Of a stretch of DNA of 64,000 nucleotides, positions 52,589 to 63,045 are shown piece by piece (position 1 is the first letter of the stretch; each line of letters opens with the position of its first letter). Position numbers and translations under genes: made by a program. The notes below the pieces were generated by a model that ran no database searches, was not told the origin of the DNA, and saw nothing but the letters and a program-made list of their open reading frames with translations. Source of the stretch: Promethearchaeota archaeon (GTDB lineage Archaea > Asgardarchaeota > Lokiarchaeia > Sigyniarchaeales > SOKP01); NCBI GenBank assembly GCA_011364925.1, contig RDOA01000015.1, forward strand, positions 8,076 through 72,075, written 5' to 3'.

Positions 52589-52939
52589 TTATTTTACTTG
52601 CCCTTCTTCAATTTGAGATATGATTTCCTCAATATCGATTTTTTGGGAAGATTTAATCTTATATGATTTTGGTGAATATGTACCATTCACTTCCAAAATA
52701 CCTTCTTTTTCAAGATAATTAAGAGATCTCCATATAAAATTAATTTTTGAGCGATTTGAGGCTTTAATGTTATTACATCGTCTTATACTCTTAGTGGTAA
52801 CTAAGTTGATGTTATTATCAATTAATTTATTTATTGCTTCCAACGTCTCCCTCAAATTACTTGAAAAAAAGTCCATAGAAAACTCGCTCATCAAAAAAAG
52901 AATTTTACTAATCGGTGTAATTAATTTATTCTTAAGCAT
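52589..52939 (-). CDS. Small winged-helix-like protein
   Basis: FIWRSLNYLEKEGILE..PKSYKI; start uncertain. Confidence 0.6.
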   Translation of the reverse strand: MLKNKLITPISKILFLMSEFSMDFFSSNLRETLEAINKLIDNNINLVTTKSIRRCNNIKASNRSKINFIWRSLNYLEKEGILEVNGTYSPKSYKIKSSQKIDIEEIISQIEEGQVK

Positions 52940-53040
52940 TTAAAAACTTTTTTTCTACGGAAATAAAACAGCTCAAAACATTTATTATGAGATCATTACA
53001 TACTCTATCCATAATAAAAAGGAAAATTAGATTGACATTC

Positions 53041-54639
53041 TTAATGCCGAAAAACTCTCTTACCGCAAAACACTAATGCACAATCTAACTCATTTGCGCG
53101 TTTGATGACAGCGTCATCACGAATGGAACCTCCTGGATTGATGATAGCTTTAGCACCTGCGTTCACAGCTGCTTCTAATCCATCAGGAAATGGAAAGAAA
53201 GAATCTGTACCCATCACGGAATTCTTCAGTTCATTTTCATGTCCAAATTCCAACGCTTTTTGTGCCGCTAATTTGACTACATGTACTCGACTATGTTGTC
53301 CAGCACCTATACCAATTGTATAAATTCCATTATCATAGTATTGAGCAAAACAAGCAGAATTAGATTTTGTCCATTTCGAGACTCTATAAGCAAAAATTAA
53401 CGCTTCCTTTTCTTTGCTAGTTACTTGTTTATTGCTTACAACATTCCATTCTTTAATGATAGGTTTATGGTCATATTCTTGTACTAATATACCACCCAAT
53501 ACCCCCCTGATTTCCAAGTTTTCATATATTAAGTCTCGCTTTTCCAGTAAATCTCCAAATTCAATAATCCTCATATCTTTTTTTTGTCTTAATATCTCTA
53601 ATGCTTCATTTTCAAATGAAGGAGCTAAAATAACTTCTACAAATATCTTTTCTTTGTTTACAATGTAATCTGCCGCATTTACCGTAAGTTCTTTGTTTAC
53701 TCCCCAAATTCCACCGAATGCGGATAAGGGATCTGTCTTGAAGGCCTTCTTAATAGACTCTAATTGGTCTGATTTATCTATGGCGATCCCATTTGGACTG
53801 GTATGTTTCAAAATTGCCGATATATAGGTATCTCGATCGAAATCTAGAAGCATTTGAATACATGCATCAATATCTAAAAAGTTATTGAATGATATTTGTT
53901 TTCCTCCTATTTGTTTAAGATCATGGAGTCCGTATCTACTTGAGAGATCTTTATAATAAGCAGCAGCTTGATCCCAGTTTTCTCCATAACGACAATCTTG
54001 AATTTTCTCATATGCATTAAAAAGGTGGGTTTTCATAAGTTGTCCTGGGTGAAAGTGGTTTTGCAAATAATTCGAAATTGTTGCGTTATAATCAGCCATA
54101 ATTGTGAAGACTTCTTGAGCTAACATTGCTCTCGTTTCGTTTTTAATACCTTTTAATTCTTCTAATTCTTTAATAATTCTATCGTAATACTTGGGGCTTG
54201 GCACAACGACAACATCAGGAAAGTTTTTTGCAGCAGCTCTTATCATTGTAGGACCACCTATATCGATCATTTCCAATGCTTCAGGTAAAGTGATATCTGG
54301 CTTAGAAATTGCCTCCTTAAATTGATATAAATTACAAACAACCATATCAATAGGTGGAATATTATATTTAAGGGCATCTTCGTAATCCTTGATTAGTTCT
54401 CGTCGAAAAAGTATTCCTCCTTCAATTTTAGGATGCAATGTCTTGACTCTCCCATCAAACATCTCTGGTGAACCTGTGTAATTAGAGATTTTCTCAAATT
54501 TGATATCATTTTTCTCTAAAAGCTTTCCTGTTCCACCTGTCGATATGACTTCAATTCCAAATTTAGTCAACGACCTAACAAATTCAATAATGTTATTCTT
54601 ATCAAAGACACTAACAATAGCTCTTTCTATTTTTTTCAT
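53041..54639 (-). CDS. purH: Bifunctional IMP cyclohydrolase / AICAR formyltransferase
   Basis: GRVKTLHP, IDIGGP, RYGEN, PGGSIRD, RVFRH. Confidence 0.97.
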   Translation of the reverse strand: MKKIERAIVSVFDKNNIIEFVRSLTKFGIEVISTGGTGKLLEKNDIKFEKISNYTGSPEMFDGRVKTLHPKIEGGILFRRELIKDYEDALKYNIPPIDMVVCNLYQFKEAISKPDITLPEALEMIDIGGPTMIRAAAKNFPDVVVVPSPKYYDRIIKELEELKGIKNETRAMLAQEVFTIMADYNATISNYLQNHFHPGQLMKTHLFNAYEKIQDCRYGENWDQAAAYYKDLSSRYGLHDLKQIGGKQISFNNFLDIDACIQMLLDFDRDTYISAILKHTSPNGIAIDKSDQLESIKKAFKTDPLSAFGGIWGVNKELTVNAADYIVNKEKIFVEVILAPSFENEALEILRQKKDMRIIEFGDLLEKRDLIYENLEIRGVLGGILVQEYDHKPIIKEWNVVSNKQVTSKEKEALIFAYRVSKWTKSNSACFAQYYDNGIYTIGIGAGQHSRVHVVKLAAQKALEFGHENELKNSVMGTDSFFPFPDGLEAAVNAGAKAIINPGGSIRDDAVIKRANELDCALVFCGKRVFRH

Positions 54640-54790
54640 TGTAGTCTACTCTATTATTATCTAATATTATAAGCAAAATTGACATTATAAAGTAAAGAAG
54701 AGTAATGTTTTAAGTTAATTAATAGGCATTTAATAAAAGTGTATTCTGTTAAGTCTATAATGTTGTAAAAAATTGAAAAATGGATGAACG

Positions 54791-56260
54791 CTAATATCTA
54801 CTAAGGAGATCGTGAGGTCTACTTTCACGCTGCCCAACATAAGAGACAATTCCAACTTTTGCCTTCTTCATCTCATCTATACATTTTGCTCCAGCATATA
54901 TCATACCATTTAAAAGACCTTCCTTTAAGGAGAGCATCACTCCTTCCATATCACCGACAAAAGGGACATAATCGCTAACACCCTCTGGTAGCATCTTTGA
55001 ACTTTCAGTGTATCGATCCGAAACATATCCAGAGGTCCTCGCTTCTTTAGATCCCATGCCCCTATATATCTTTACTTTTCTACCTTGTATAGTGTCAACA
55101 TAACCTGGACTTTCTGTTGATCCGGCAAAGAAATGACCGCTCATAATTAAATCTGCACCAGCAGTAAAGGCTTTAGGTAAATCTCCCGGATTTTTAAATC
55201 CGCCATCCGCAATCAAACTAATCTTGGAATTGTAATCTATTATTGCATCTGCCACTTGAGCTGTCGCAAAGAGAGTAGGAGCACCTACTCCAGTCTGAAT
55301 GGATGTAGTGCAGATTGATCCCGAACCCATTCCAACTTTTATACCAATAAATTTCTCCTTATCAAAATCACCTTTTGAGATAAGGTACTCAGCCGCTTCA
55401 TAAGTTCCGATATTGCCTAATACAAAATCAGAATCTAGAAAATCCATAAGTTTTTTAGTACCTTTTATATCAGACACTTTATAAAAGTCTGCTACATCAA
55501 TAAAGAAGATGTCTACATAATTTTCGATTTCTTTTAATAATTTTTGGGCGTGTGACGATTCAGGAAATTTTGGAGAAATCGCAAGAGCGCATATCAAATG
55601 TCCTTCACTATCCATGGATGCTAAAGGGAACTCTGGAGCTAAATCTTTTTTAGTAATTAATCCTTTTAAATATCCTTCCTTATCTATAATTGGGAGCTTT
55701 TCCTTTCTGGATTCAAAAAGAACATCTAACGCTTTTTCTCTGGAAGCTCCAGGTTCGATAGATATGACTTTTTTTGTCATAAAATTCCTTACTTTACCAT
55801 TATTGATATCATTTTCTGAGAAAGGGATGTCTCGTTTAGTGAAAATTCCACATACTTTATTTTCATCATTGACAACAACGATGCCGCTAATATTGTAGTT
55901 TTCCATCATATATTTTGCTTTTGAAACGGGTTCATTAGGTTGTATCGTAGCCACATCATCAATTACAAACGACCTTGCTCTTTTAACAATCCTTACCATT
56001 TCCAACTGGCGTTCATAGGAGCAATTGCGATGTAATACTCCTAAACCACCAAATAAAGCCATTTTAATAGCCATCAATTCTTCAGTCACAGTATCCATCG
56101 CTGCAGACACTATAGGTAAATTGAATTTATAAGATCCAAGATTAGAAGACATATCTACTTCAGTAGGCTCAAAGTTAGTATAGCCAGGTTGAATAAGGAT
56201 ATCATCGAAGGTAGCTATTAATTCATTATAGTGAACTTTACTGCGGTAATAGTCTGTCAT
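54791..56260 (-). CDS. guaB: IMP dehydrogenase with CBS pair
   Basis: TFDD, SAAMDTVTE, GSGSICTT, IADGG, YRGMGS, PEGV. Confidence 0.95.
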   Translation of the reverse strand: MTDYYRSKVHYNELIATFDDILIQPGYTNFEPTEVDMSSNLGSYKFNLPIVSAAMDTVTEELMAIKMALFGGLGVLHRNCSYERQLEMVRIVKRARSFVIDDVATIQPNEPVSKAKYMMENYNISGIVVVNDENKVCGIFTKRDIPFSENDINNGKVRNFMTKKVISIEPGASREKALDVLFESRKEKLPIIDKEGYLKGLITKKDLAPEFPLASMDSEGHLICALAISPKFPESSHAQKLLKEIENYVDIFFIDVADFYKVSDIKGTKKLMDFLDSDFVLGNIGTYEAAEYLISKGDFDKEKFIGIKVGMGSGSICTTSIQTGVGAPTLFATAQVADAIIDYNSKISLIADGGFKNPGDLPKAFTAGADLIMSGHFFAGSTESPGYVDTIQGRKVKIYRGMGSKEARTSGYVSDRYTESSKMLPEGVSDYVPFVGDMEGVMLSLKEGLLNGMIYAGAKCIDEMKKAKVGIVSYVGQRESRPHDLLSRY

Positions 56261-56446
56261 TTTTTTGTACGATTATTATTATGTATTAAATTATATTGGA
56301 TAAAATTAATCTTACCATTGAAATGTGAGTATTAGTAATAAAGACAATTTTTATTTTAAAATTTTAGGTATTTAGTCTATGGAAAGTATATATTTTTTCT
56401 AAATTTTTATGGTATCTACAAGAAATATAAAAAGAAGGGAACTCAA

Positions 56447-57355
56447 CTACATACGAGTTAGATTTTTTCTTGGTAAATTTTGGATTCTTGGATCATTAAT
56501 GTATGTATCCAATGTTTTGATAAAAGCGTCCCTATCATTTTTAATGTTCAAAGATTCTAAGGAACAATAATTACTTACATGATCATTAAACACTTGTGAG
56601 GTAACATCATCCCCTAAATTAGCGACAATTTCTCGCTCTTCAATAAGGCACTCTACGGGAGATAACAATTCAAAATCTCCACGCTTCCAATCCTCCCACA
56701 GCGGAGTGTTAGGCATTATATTTAAAGTTCTAAATCGAAATATAGTAGGATTAATTTCGGTAAGAACGCTGGCTGTTTCTTTAACATGTTCCTCTGACAA
56801 ACGCTTTCCTCCTAAACCTAACATGATATATAGGCTAAGTTTAATACCAGAGTTTAACACTTTTTTACCCGCTTTTATCATTGATTCTGCGTTGGTACCT
56901 TTTTTCATCATTCGTAAAATTTCACTACTTCCACTTTCTAACCCCATATACACGATATCTAATCCCGCATTTGCTAACCTTTTCAAATCCTCGTCTGTTT
57001 TTCGCAGAATATCTAGAGCTTTTGCGTAACAACTTATCCGTTGCACATTTTTCATTCTTAACCTAATATGTTTGATAATTTTTACCAGATAATCGGTAGG
57101 TGCAGAAGTAGGATTACCACCAGCTAAAAAAACGGGATAACCGTGAAAATTTTTTTCCGCGTAATGATCAATATCTTTTAATACCTCTTCGATAGGGCGG
57201 ATTGCATAGTCTTGAGTTATTCCGTAAATACCTTTATATGTTCCACAAAAACGGCAGCGATTCCAATTGCATCCTCCGGTAACAGCAATGAGAACACTAT
57301 ATGCTTCTACAGGGGGTCTGATAATAATTTGGCTTGGAGGTGATTTAATAACCAT
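56447..57355 (-). CDS. Radical SAM protein
   Basis: RPPVE, GCNWNRCRFC, MGLESG, DHVSNY. Confidence 0.92.
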   Translation of the reverse strand: MVIKSPPSQIIIRPPVEAYSVLIAVTGGCNWNRCRFCGTYKGIYGITQDYAIRPIEEVLKDIDHYAEKNFHGYPVFLAGGNPTSAPTDYLVKIIKHIRLRMKNVQRISCYAKALDILRKTDEDLKRLANAGLDIVYMGLESGSSEILRMMKKGTNAESMIKAGKKVLNSGIKLSLYIMLGLGGKRLSEEHVKETASVLTEINPTIFRFRTLNIMPNTPLWEDWKRGDFELLSPVECLIEEREIVANLGDDVTSQVFNDHVSNYCSLESLNIKNDRDAFIKTLDTYINDPRIQNLPRKNLTRM

Positions 57356-57547
57356 AGCTTTTCCTTATTCTATATGTTAAGTTTTTCTCCTAAAGAATAT
57401 TTTGTCAAGTATTTTTAAGTATTTTTAGCATAAAGATTTGAGTATTATAATTTAACATTAAATTGGTAAATTTTTTTTTTTAACATTAATTATGGAGATT
57501 ATTAACACAAAATACAAATTAATCTAATAGAAAAATCGGTATTTTAC

Positions 57548-58153
57548 TTGATTGACACATATACACAAGCAAAAAAAGTCCTGTATACTTTTAAAACCGT
57601 AATAGTTGGTCCTCCTAGCGCAGGTAAAACTTGCCTTTTTAACCGATTCTGTTTCAATTCTTTCAACTTTGACACTTCTCTCACAATTGGAGTAAATTTT
57701 CATTCTATGGAATTAAGAATCCGTTTGAAGGATGAACCTAACAATCTTAAAGAAACATATAATGTGCAAAGCATTTTCGATTTCGGCGGTCAAGAACGAT
57801 TTAAAGCGTTGATACCAAAATTTTTAGGAGGCGCTAACGGAGTTCTATTTGTTTTTGATTTAACAAATGGACATTCTTTCAAACAGTTAGATTTTTGGTA
57901 TGATCAAGTATTAAAGCATGCTAATGGATTAACAATACCAAAATTATTAGTAGGAAGTAAATGCGATTTAATATCATCTACTCCGATGGAAGCTCTTGTT
58001 CCAGAGGAAAGCATTCTTAAATTTATTCAAGAAAAAGACATGAATGGATTTTTTAAAACATCAGCCCTGCAGAACCAAAATGTATTGATGGTCTTTAAAG
58101 AACTAAATAATTTGATGCTAAAGCATCAGAACTCTCAATATGTAGTATGTTAA
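57548..58153 (+). CDS. Rab-like small GTPase
   Basis: G1 GPPSAGKT, TIGVNF, DFGGQERF, GSKCD, TSA. Confidence 0.93.
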   Translation: MIDTYTQAKKVLYTFKTVIVGPPSAGKTCLFNRFCFNSFNFDTSLTIGVNFHSMELRIRLKDEPNNLKETYNVQSIFDFGGQERFKALIPKFLGGANGVLFVFDLTNGHSFKQLDFWYDQVLKHANGLTIPKLLVGSKCDLISSTPMEALVPEESILKFIQEKDMNGFFKTSALQNQNVLMVFKELNNLMLKHQNSQYVVC

Positions 58154-58170
58154 GATTAAGATTTATAAAA

Positions 58171-59244
58171 TTAAAATTCTCTCATATACATAAAATCAGA
58201 AAATTCATTAAAGAATACTTTTTGATCTTTGTTAAGATCTGGATAAACTTTTTTAAGAGATGCTTTTGCTTGGCTTAGAAGATTTTTAGAAAAATGCTCA
58301 GCTATAATTACCGCGTTTGTTTCAGCGAAGATTGTTTCAACGGTACTTACATCATTTTTAGTTAATTCTTCCTTATGGTATATTTCGTTTAATGTTTTCG
58401 ATTGATCTTCATCTGTATTTTGAACAGCAAAGATATAAACGATTTTTTTCTTCCTTGCTTTAATATCAGTCTTAATGTCTATAATATCATCACGGATCGC
58501 AAATGCTTGTCCTATAAGGTTCATAGCTTGACTTAAGGGTTCAATTTGATAATGTAAATTACCTTTAGCAAAGATTGCACCGATTTTTGCTGATTTTTCA
58601 AGCAGACTTGCCCGTTGCATCTCTGCGATAGTCAAATATTGCTCTAATGACATGGTTATGTTATGATAATTCATATATTCTTCTATGATCTGTCCTTTCA
58701 TTAAACTATCCATTGCAGCAGTGTATTCATTTATCGCTTGGAGTTTTAGATTTTCTGAAAATCTCGAGGCTTTAATTACATTTAGACCCAAAAGATATCC
58801 TTGCGTTCCACCTAATATACTCATATCTCTTCCATACATCTTAATGGTGTCTTCTTTATTTGGGAGTTCTATATTTTCAAATACTTTATTTAATTCATTT
58901 TTAAGTTGAATGTGAAATGTGGGTTTATTTCTGCGTTCTATATCGTTATCAATAAGATCATCATAAATTAAATATCCACTATGCAACAACTCTACTGCTA
59001 AAGAAACTTTTCGTATTTGATCGAGTTGGTTTTGTACATGAATAGGATTCCCAATACCCTTAAATGCAGCAATTAATAGAATTGGATGTAGTCTTTTTGC
59101 TTTCTTATTAAGAACAAATTCTTGAATATAAGCAAAAAAATCTTTTAAAAGAATCTCTTTTTCACTATTGTTAAGTACAGCAAAGTATTCAACTAGTTCA
59201 TTCTCAATTGCATCTTTTTCTGATTTCAAGAATTCTTCTATCAT
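58171..59244 (-). CDS. Polyprenyl diphosphate (GGPP-type) synthase
   Basis: AKRLHP, ELLH, DDLIDNDIERR, GQ, RDDIID. Confidence 0.9.
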   Translation of the reverse strand: MIEEFLKSEKDAIENELVEYFAVLNNSEKEILLKDFFAYIQEFVLNKKAKRLHPILLIAAFKGIGNPIHVQNQLDQIRKVSLAVELLHSGYLIYDDLIDNDIERRNKPTFHIQLKNELNKVFENIELPNKEDTIKMYGRDMSILGGTQGYLLGLNVIKASRFSENLKLQAINEYTAAMDSLMKGQIIEEYMNYHNITMSLEQYLTIAEMQRASLLEKSAKIGAIFAKGNLHYQIEPLSQAMNLIGQAFAIRDDIIDIKTDIKARKKKIVYIFAVQNTDEDQSKTLNEIYHKEELTKNDVSTVETIFAETNAVIIAEHFSKNLLSQAKASLKKVYPDLNKDQKVFFNEFSDFMYMREF

Positions 59245-59386
59245 TTCTTATCAAAGTGTTTGTAAGTATAAGTTCTATTAATAATAATTAATTGATGATT
59301 TATTTATTTGTGTAACCAAGATTTTTATTATTAGATTTACAATGTTTCTTAAATTTGTATAGTAAAATAAAAGAGTTGATTTTAAA

Positions 59387-59896
59387 ATTCTAATAGCAGT
59401 TTTATCGGACACGCACGACCATCGTGATAATATCTTAAAAGCGGTTTCTATTATGAATGAAAAAAAAGTTGACGCTTTAATCCATTGTGGAGATTACGTA
59501 GCACCTTTTGTAAAAAAATGGTTCAATGGCCTCAATGAATCAATAAAAGAAAACTTTTACGGTGTATTTGGAAACAACGATGGGGAAATTTTATATTTAA
59601 CTCAAAATTTAGGTCAGATTTGTAAGTTTGCGAAAAACGGTCATGAATTAATAATTGAGTTAGGAGGCAAGAGGATTTTTGCGTCCCATATGCCAAAACA
59701 AGAAACTATAGACGCATTAGCAGATTCCGGAAATTTTGATATAATCTTATCAGGTCATACCCATAATATGGTAAATACGAAACAGAACGGTGTGTTAATT
59801 GTAAATCCCGGCGAACTCTGCGGATATTTAACAGACAAATCTACATTCGCAATTATAGATACCGAATCTATGAAGGCGGAAATCATCGAAATCTAA
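59387..59896 (+). CDS. YfcE/MJ0936-family metallophosphoesterase, probable ATT start
   Basis: The first motif LIAVLSDTHD lies upstream of the ORF-track ATG (59453); then HCGD, GNND, SGHTH, NPG. Confidence 0.88.
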   Translation: MLIAVLSDTHDHRDNILKAVSIMNEKKVDALIHCGDYVAPFVKKWFNGLNESIKENFYGVFGNNDGEILYLTQNLGQICKFAKNGHELIIELGGKRIFASHMPKQETIDALADSGNFDIILSGHTHNMVNTKQNGVLIVNPGELCGYLTDKSTFAIIDTESMKAEIIEI

Positions 59897-59959
59897 GAGT
59901 TTCTTTATTTATTCATTTTCTTAATTTTTTTATAGTAGTAAGCTTTAATCTATATTATT

Positions 59960-61177
59960 ATGAGTTTACCTTTAGAAGGCATTGTAGTTGTAGATTTAAC
60001 TAGAATGCTACCAGGTCCGTATGCTTCAATGATTTTGGCAGATCTCGGTGCTGATGTTATAAGAGTTGAGGATCCTAAGTATCCATACGGAAGTCCTCCA
60101 CCATTTTTTCAGAAAGGCAGGTATCGTGAAAGTGCATTTAATTCAATTATAATGAGGAATAAAAAATCTATTACCCTGGATCTGAAAAAAGAAAAAGCTT
60201 TAGAGGTCTTTTACAAGCTCGTCGAGAGAGCAGATGTTGTATTAGAAACTTTTAGACCTAAAGTAACAAAAAAATTGAAAATAGATTACGATACTTTGTC
60301 CAAAATTAATAAATCACTAATTTATTGTTCCTTGACGGGATATGGACAGAGTGGTCCATACGAACAAATAGCTGGACATGATTTAAATTACATCGGAATA
60401 TGTGGCATACTCGATCTTAATAAGGAAAGACCTATCGAAGGACAAAAGGAGCACGAGAGAAAACCCATTCTCCCGGGTGTACAAGCTGCAGATATTGGGG
60501 GAGGATTAGTTTCAACCATTGGAATTCTTGGGGCATTACTAGAAAGAAATAAAAATCCTAATAAAGAGGGGCAATACATTGATGTCTCGATGACTGATTG
60601 TGTTTTCTCCTTCATGCCAATGGCGGCTGCGTTTCAATTTTCTAAAGATAAATATGATGGAATTACTAAGCCAAGAAATCCTCTTCACGGTGAAGTTCCT
60701 TTTTATTCTGTTTATAAAACAAAAGATAATAAATATTTATCTGTTGGGGCGATTGAATTGAAATTTTGGAGAGGAGTGTGTGAAGGTCTTGGTCGCAATG
60801 ATTTAATCACTAAAGGGAATGCATTGGGATTAGAAAAGGAGGAAGTGTTTCAAGAAGTACAGAAAGAATTTTTAAAGAAAACTCAAAAGGAATGGATGGA
60901 GATTTTTAGCCAACTCGATGCTTGTGTAATGCCTGTAAAAAGCTTTAGTGAAGCATGCAAGGATTCTCAATTAAAAACTCGAAATATGGTTGTTGAATTA
61001 GACCATCCCGAATTTGGGACTATAAAAAATATCAATTCTCCTATTAAATATTCTCGAACTCCCTTAACCATTCGGAGTTTAGCACCGAAAATCGGTCAGC
61101 ATACGAAGGAAATTCTAAAGGAACTTAACTATACAGAAGACGAGATTAAAAATCTTCGAAAATCAGGTTTATTTTGA
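59960..61177 (+). CDS. CaiB/BaiF family III CoA-transferase
   Basis: DLTRMLPGP, LADLGADVI, RNKKSITLDLK, GHDLNY, APKIGQHT. Confidence 0.95.
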   Translation: MSLPLEGIVVVDLTRMLPGPYASMILADLGADVIRVEDPKYPYGSPPPFFQKGRYRESAFNSIIMRNKKSITLDLKKEKALEVFYKLVERADVVLETFRPKVTKKLKIDYDTLSKINKSLIYCSLTGYGQSGPYEQIAGHDLNYIGICGILDLNKERPIEGQKEHERKPILPGVQAADIGGGLVSTIGILGALLERNKNPNKEGQYIDVSMTDCVFSFMPMAAAFQFSKDKYDGITKPRNPLHGEVPFYSVYKTKDNKYLSVGAIELKFWRGVCEGLGRNDLITKGNALGLEKEEVFQEVQKEFLKKTQKEWMEIFSQLDACVMPVKSFSEACKDSQLKTRNMVVELDHPEFGTIKNINSPIKYSRTPLTIRSLAPKIGQHTKEILKELNYTEDEIKNLRKSGLF

Positions 61178-61394
61178 AGTGTATACTGAAAAAGGATCAA
61201 AAATGCCCTATGAAACAGATTCTTTATCGAACCTGGTTTAAAATTTTCCCGAGAGATTCTTGATTTAGCATAAAAAGCTTAAATAATAAAACATTTGAGT
61301 CCTAATTTCAAAATTATCTAGTTAATTAATCCATAATTTTATTTAAGAATACTATTATGATAAAGTAAAGTAGTGAGTATTACGTGGTTAAACT

Positions 61395-62936
61395 ATGTCT
61401 GAAGATTTTCGAGATAAAGAGGAAAGAAAGCATCCAAGGGAGGATAGTAGTAATAATGAGGATTTAGATAACATCAAAGAGGAAATAATTAGCAAACCAG
61501 TAATCCTTAAAGCAGACGCTTATAAAACAATTATATTATATGCTAGTAGATACGCAAACGCCTCAATACCACCTGAAGATTGGAAAGAAATATACGGTCT
61601 ATTAATAGGATATTACGACGATAATTTCTTATATGTTGAAAGTGCAATCCCGATGACATATGGTCACGATACGGACGTAGAATTTAGTGAAACAGATTAT
61701 GGAGACGTTGAAAAGATACACGAAGAACTAGACAAAGAAGGAAAAGGATACTTTATCGTCGGATGGTTTCATTCTCATCCAGGATTAACCTTATTCTTCT
61801 CTTATATAGATCTTATCAATCAGCTTGGGTTTCAGGGCAAATTTAATGATGCGATAGGATTAGTGTTCGATCATACTCTTCTCGGAAAGAAAAAGGAAGA
61901 AAAGATAGGGAACAATATCCTTACTAGTAATGACACTGGATTTGAGATATATAGACTAACTGATGTATCAATGGATCCTAATTCTGTTAATTTCGAAACC
62001 AATTATCACAAAATTGATTGCGTTGTGGAGGGTTTAAATAAATTCTTTTTTGCTAATGTTCTTACGGAATTATCCTCTTTAGTTTCAGCAGGAAAACCAC
62101 TTCAAGAGGCGTTTAAGGAGAGATATAAGCTTGAATCTAATTATAAAGATTTTGATGAAGTATTAGATGATACTAATGTAGAATTATCACAAGATAATCT
62201 TGTTGACATTCCGTTATCTAATGATATTAATTTTAAAGTCGAAGATATTTTTTTAGAATCTATTATTGATAGCGATAAGATAAAGGAAACGGCGGACCAA
62301 CTTATTTATGAAGGAAATCTAGCTTTTAAAAACAAAGACACATTTACGGGTATAGAAAAGTATCGCCAGGGTATCGAAAAGTATAAAGAGATCAATGATA
62401 TGGAAAGAGTAATGGATTTATTAAGAAAAGTTACTAGATCCTGCATAACAAATAACCATTTAGTCATTGCTAGAGAATTTGCCGATGAACTATTTACATT
62501 AGCGGAATACTACAATCAAATCTTTTATCGAGGTATTGCAAATTATATTATTGGTTACATTATCGTACGGGAAGGAGACCTCGATACTTTAGAGTCCGGC
62601 TTGAAAAAAATTGAAGAAGCAGCTGTAGATTTTATAAAAGTTAAAGATTATGCTGGTGCTGGTATGGCTTTTAGTAAAATTGGATTAAGCTATGAAAAAA
62701 AAATAAAAAACATTGGGACCGCGTGTCTATTTTATCGTGAGGCTATTGAAAATTATAACAATGGGCTGCTTTATAGTTACCCCTTAAGAATTACACCATG
62801 GAGCAAGCCAGATGTGTTAATTGATAAAATAGGCGAATTGAGAGATCTCATAGATGTTCTACTGCCAGAGATAGAAAGCATAGAAATTAAAAAGAAAGTT
62901 GTAAAGGATCTGAAATCGATTCGTTTTAACTTTTAA
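61395..62936 (+). CDS. JAMM/MPN+ isopeptidase fused to a TPR/SNAP-like helical domain
   Basis: EIYGLLIG, VGWFHSHPG..FSYIDLINQ, GLVFD; C-terminal TPR-like helices. Confidence 0.88.
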   Translation: MSEDFRDKEERKHPREDSSNNEDLDNIKEEIISKPVILKADAYKTIILYASRYANASIPPEDWKEIYGLLIGYYDDNFLYVESAIPMTYGHDTDVEFSETDYGDVEKIHEELDKEGKGYFIVGWFHSHPGLTLFFSYIDLINQLGFQGKFNDAIGLVFDHTLLGKKKEEKIGNNILTSNDTGFEIYRLTDVSMDPNSVNFETNYHKIDCVVEGLNKFFFANVLTELSSLVSAGKPLQEAFKERYKLESNYKDFDEVLDDTNVELSQDNLVDIPLSNDINFKVEDIFLESIIDSDKIKETADQLIYEGNLAFKNKDTFTGIEKYRQGIEKYKEINDMERVMDLLRKVTRSCITNNHLVIAREFADELFTLAEYYNQIFYRGIANYIIGYIIVREGDLDTLESGLKKIEEAAVDFIKVKDYAGAGMAFSKIGLSYEKKIKNIGTACLFYREAIENYNNGLLYSYPLRITPWSKPDVLIDKIGELRDLIDVLLPEIESIEIKKKVVKDLKSIRFNF

Positions 62937-63045
62937 TTAAAAATCGAAACTGAATATTAAATTCTTATTTTAGAAGGGAACAATCACAAAAATTAAATTT
63001 TAAGATATATTTATTTTATTAGATACTTCTTTTGGTCGGTTAATT

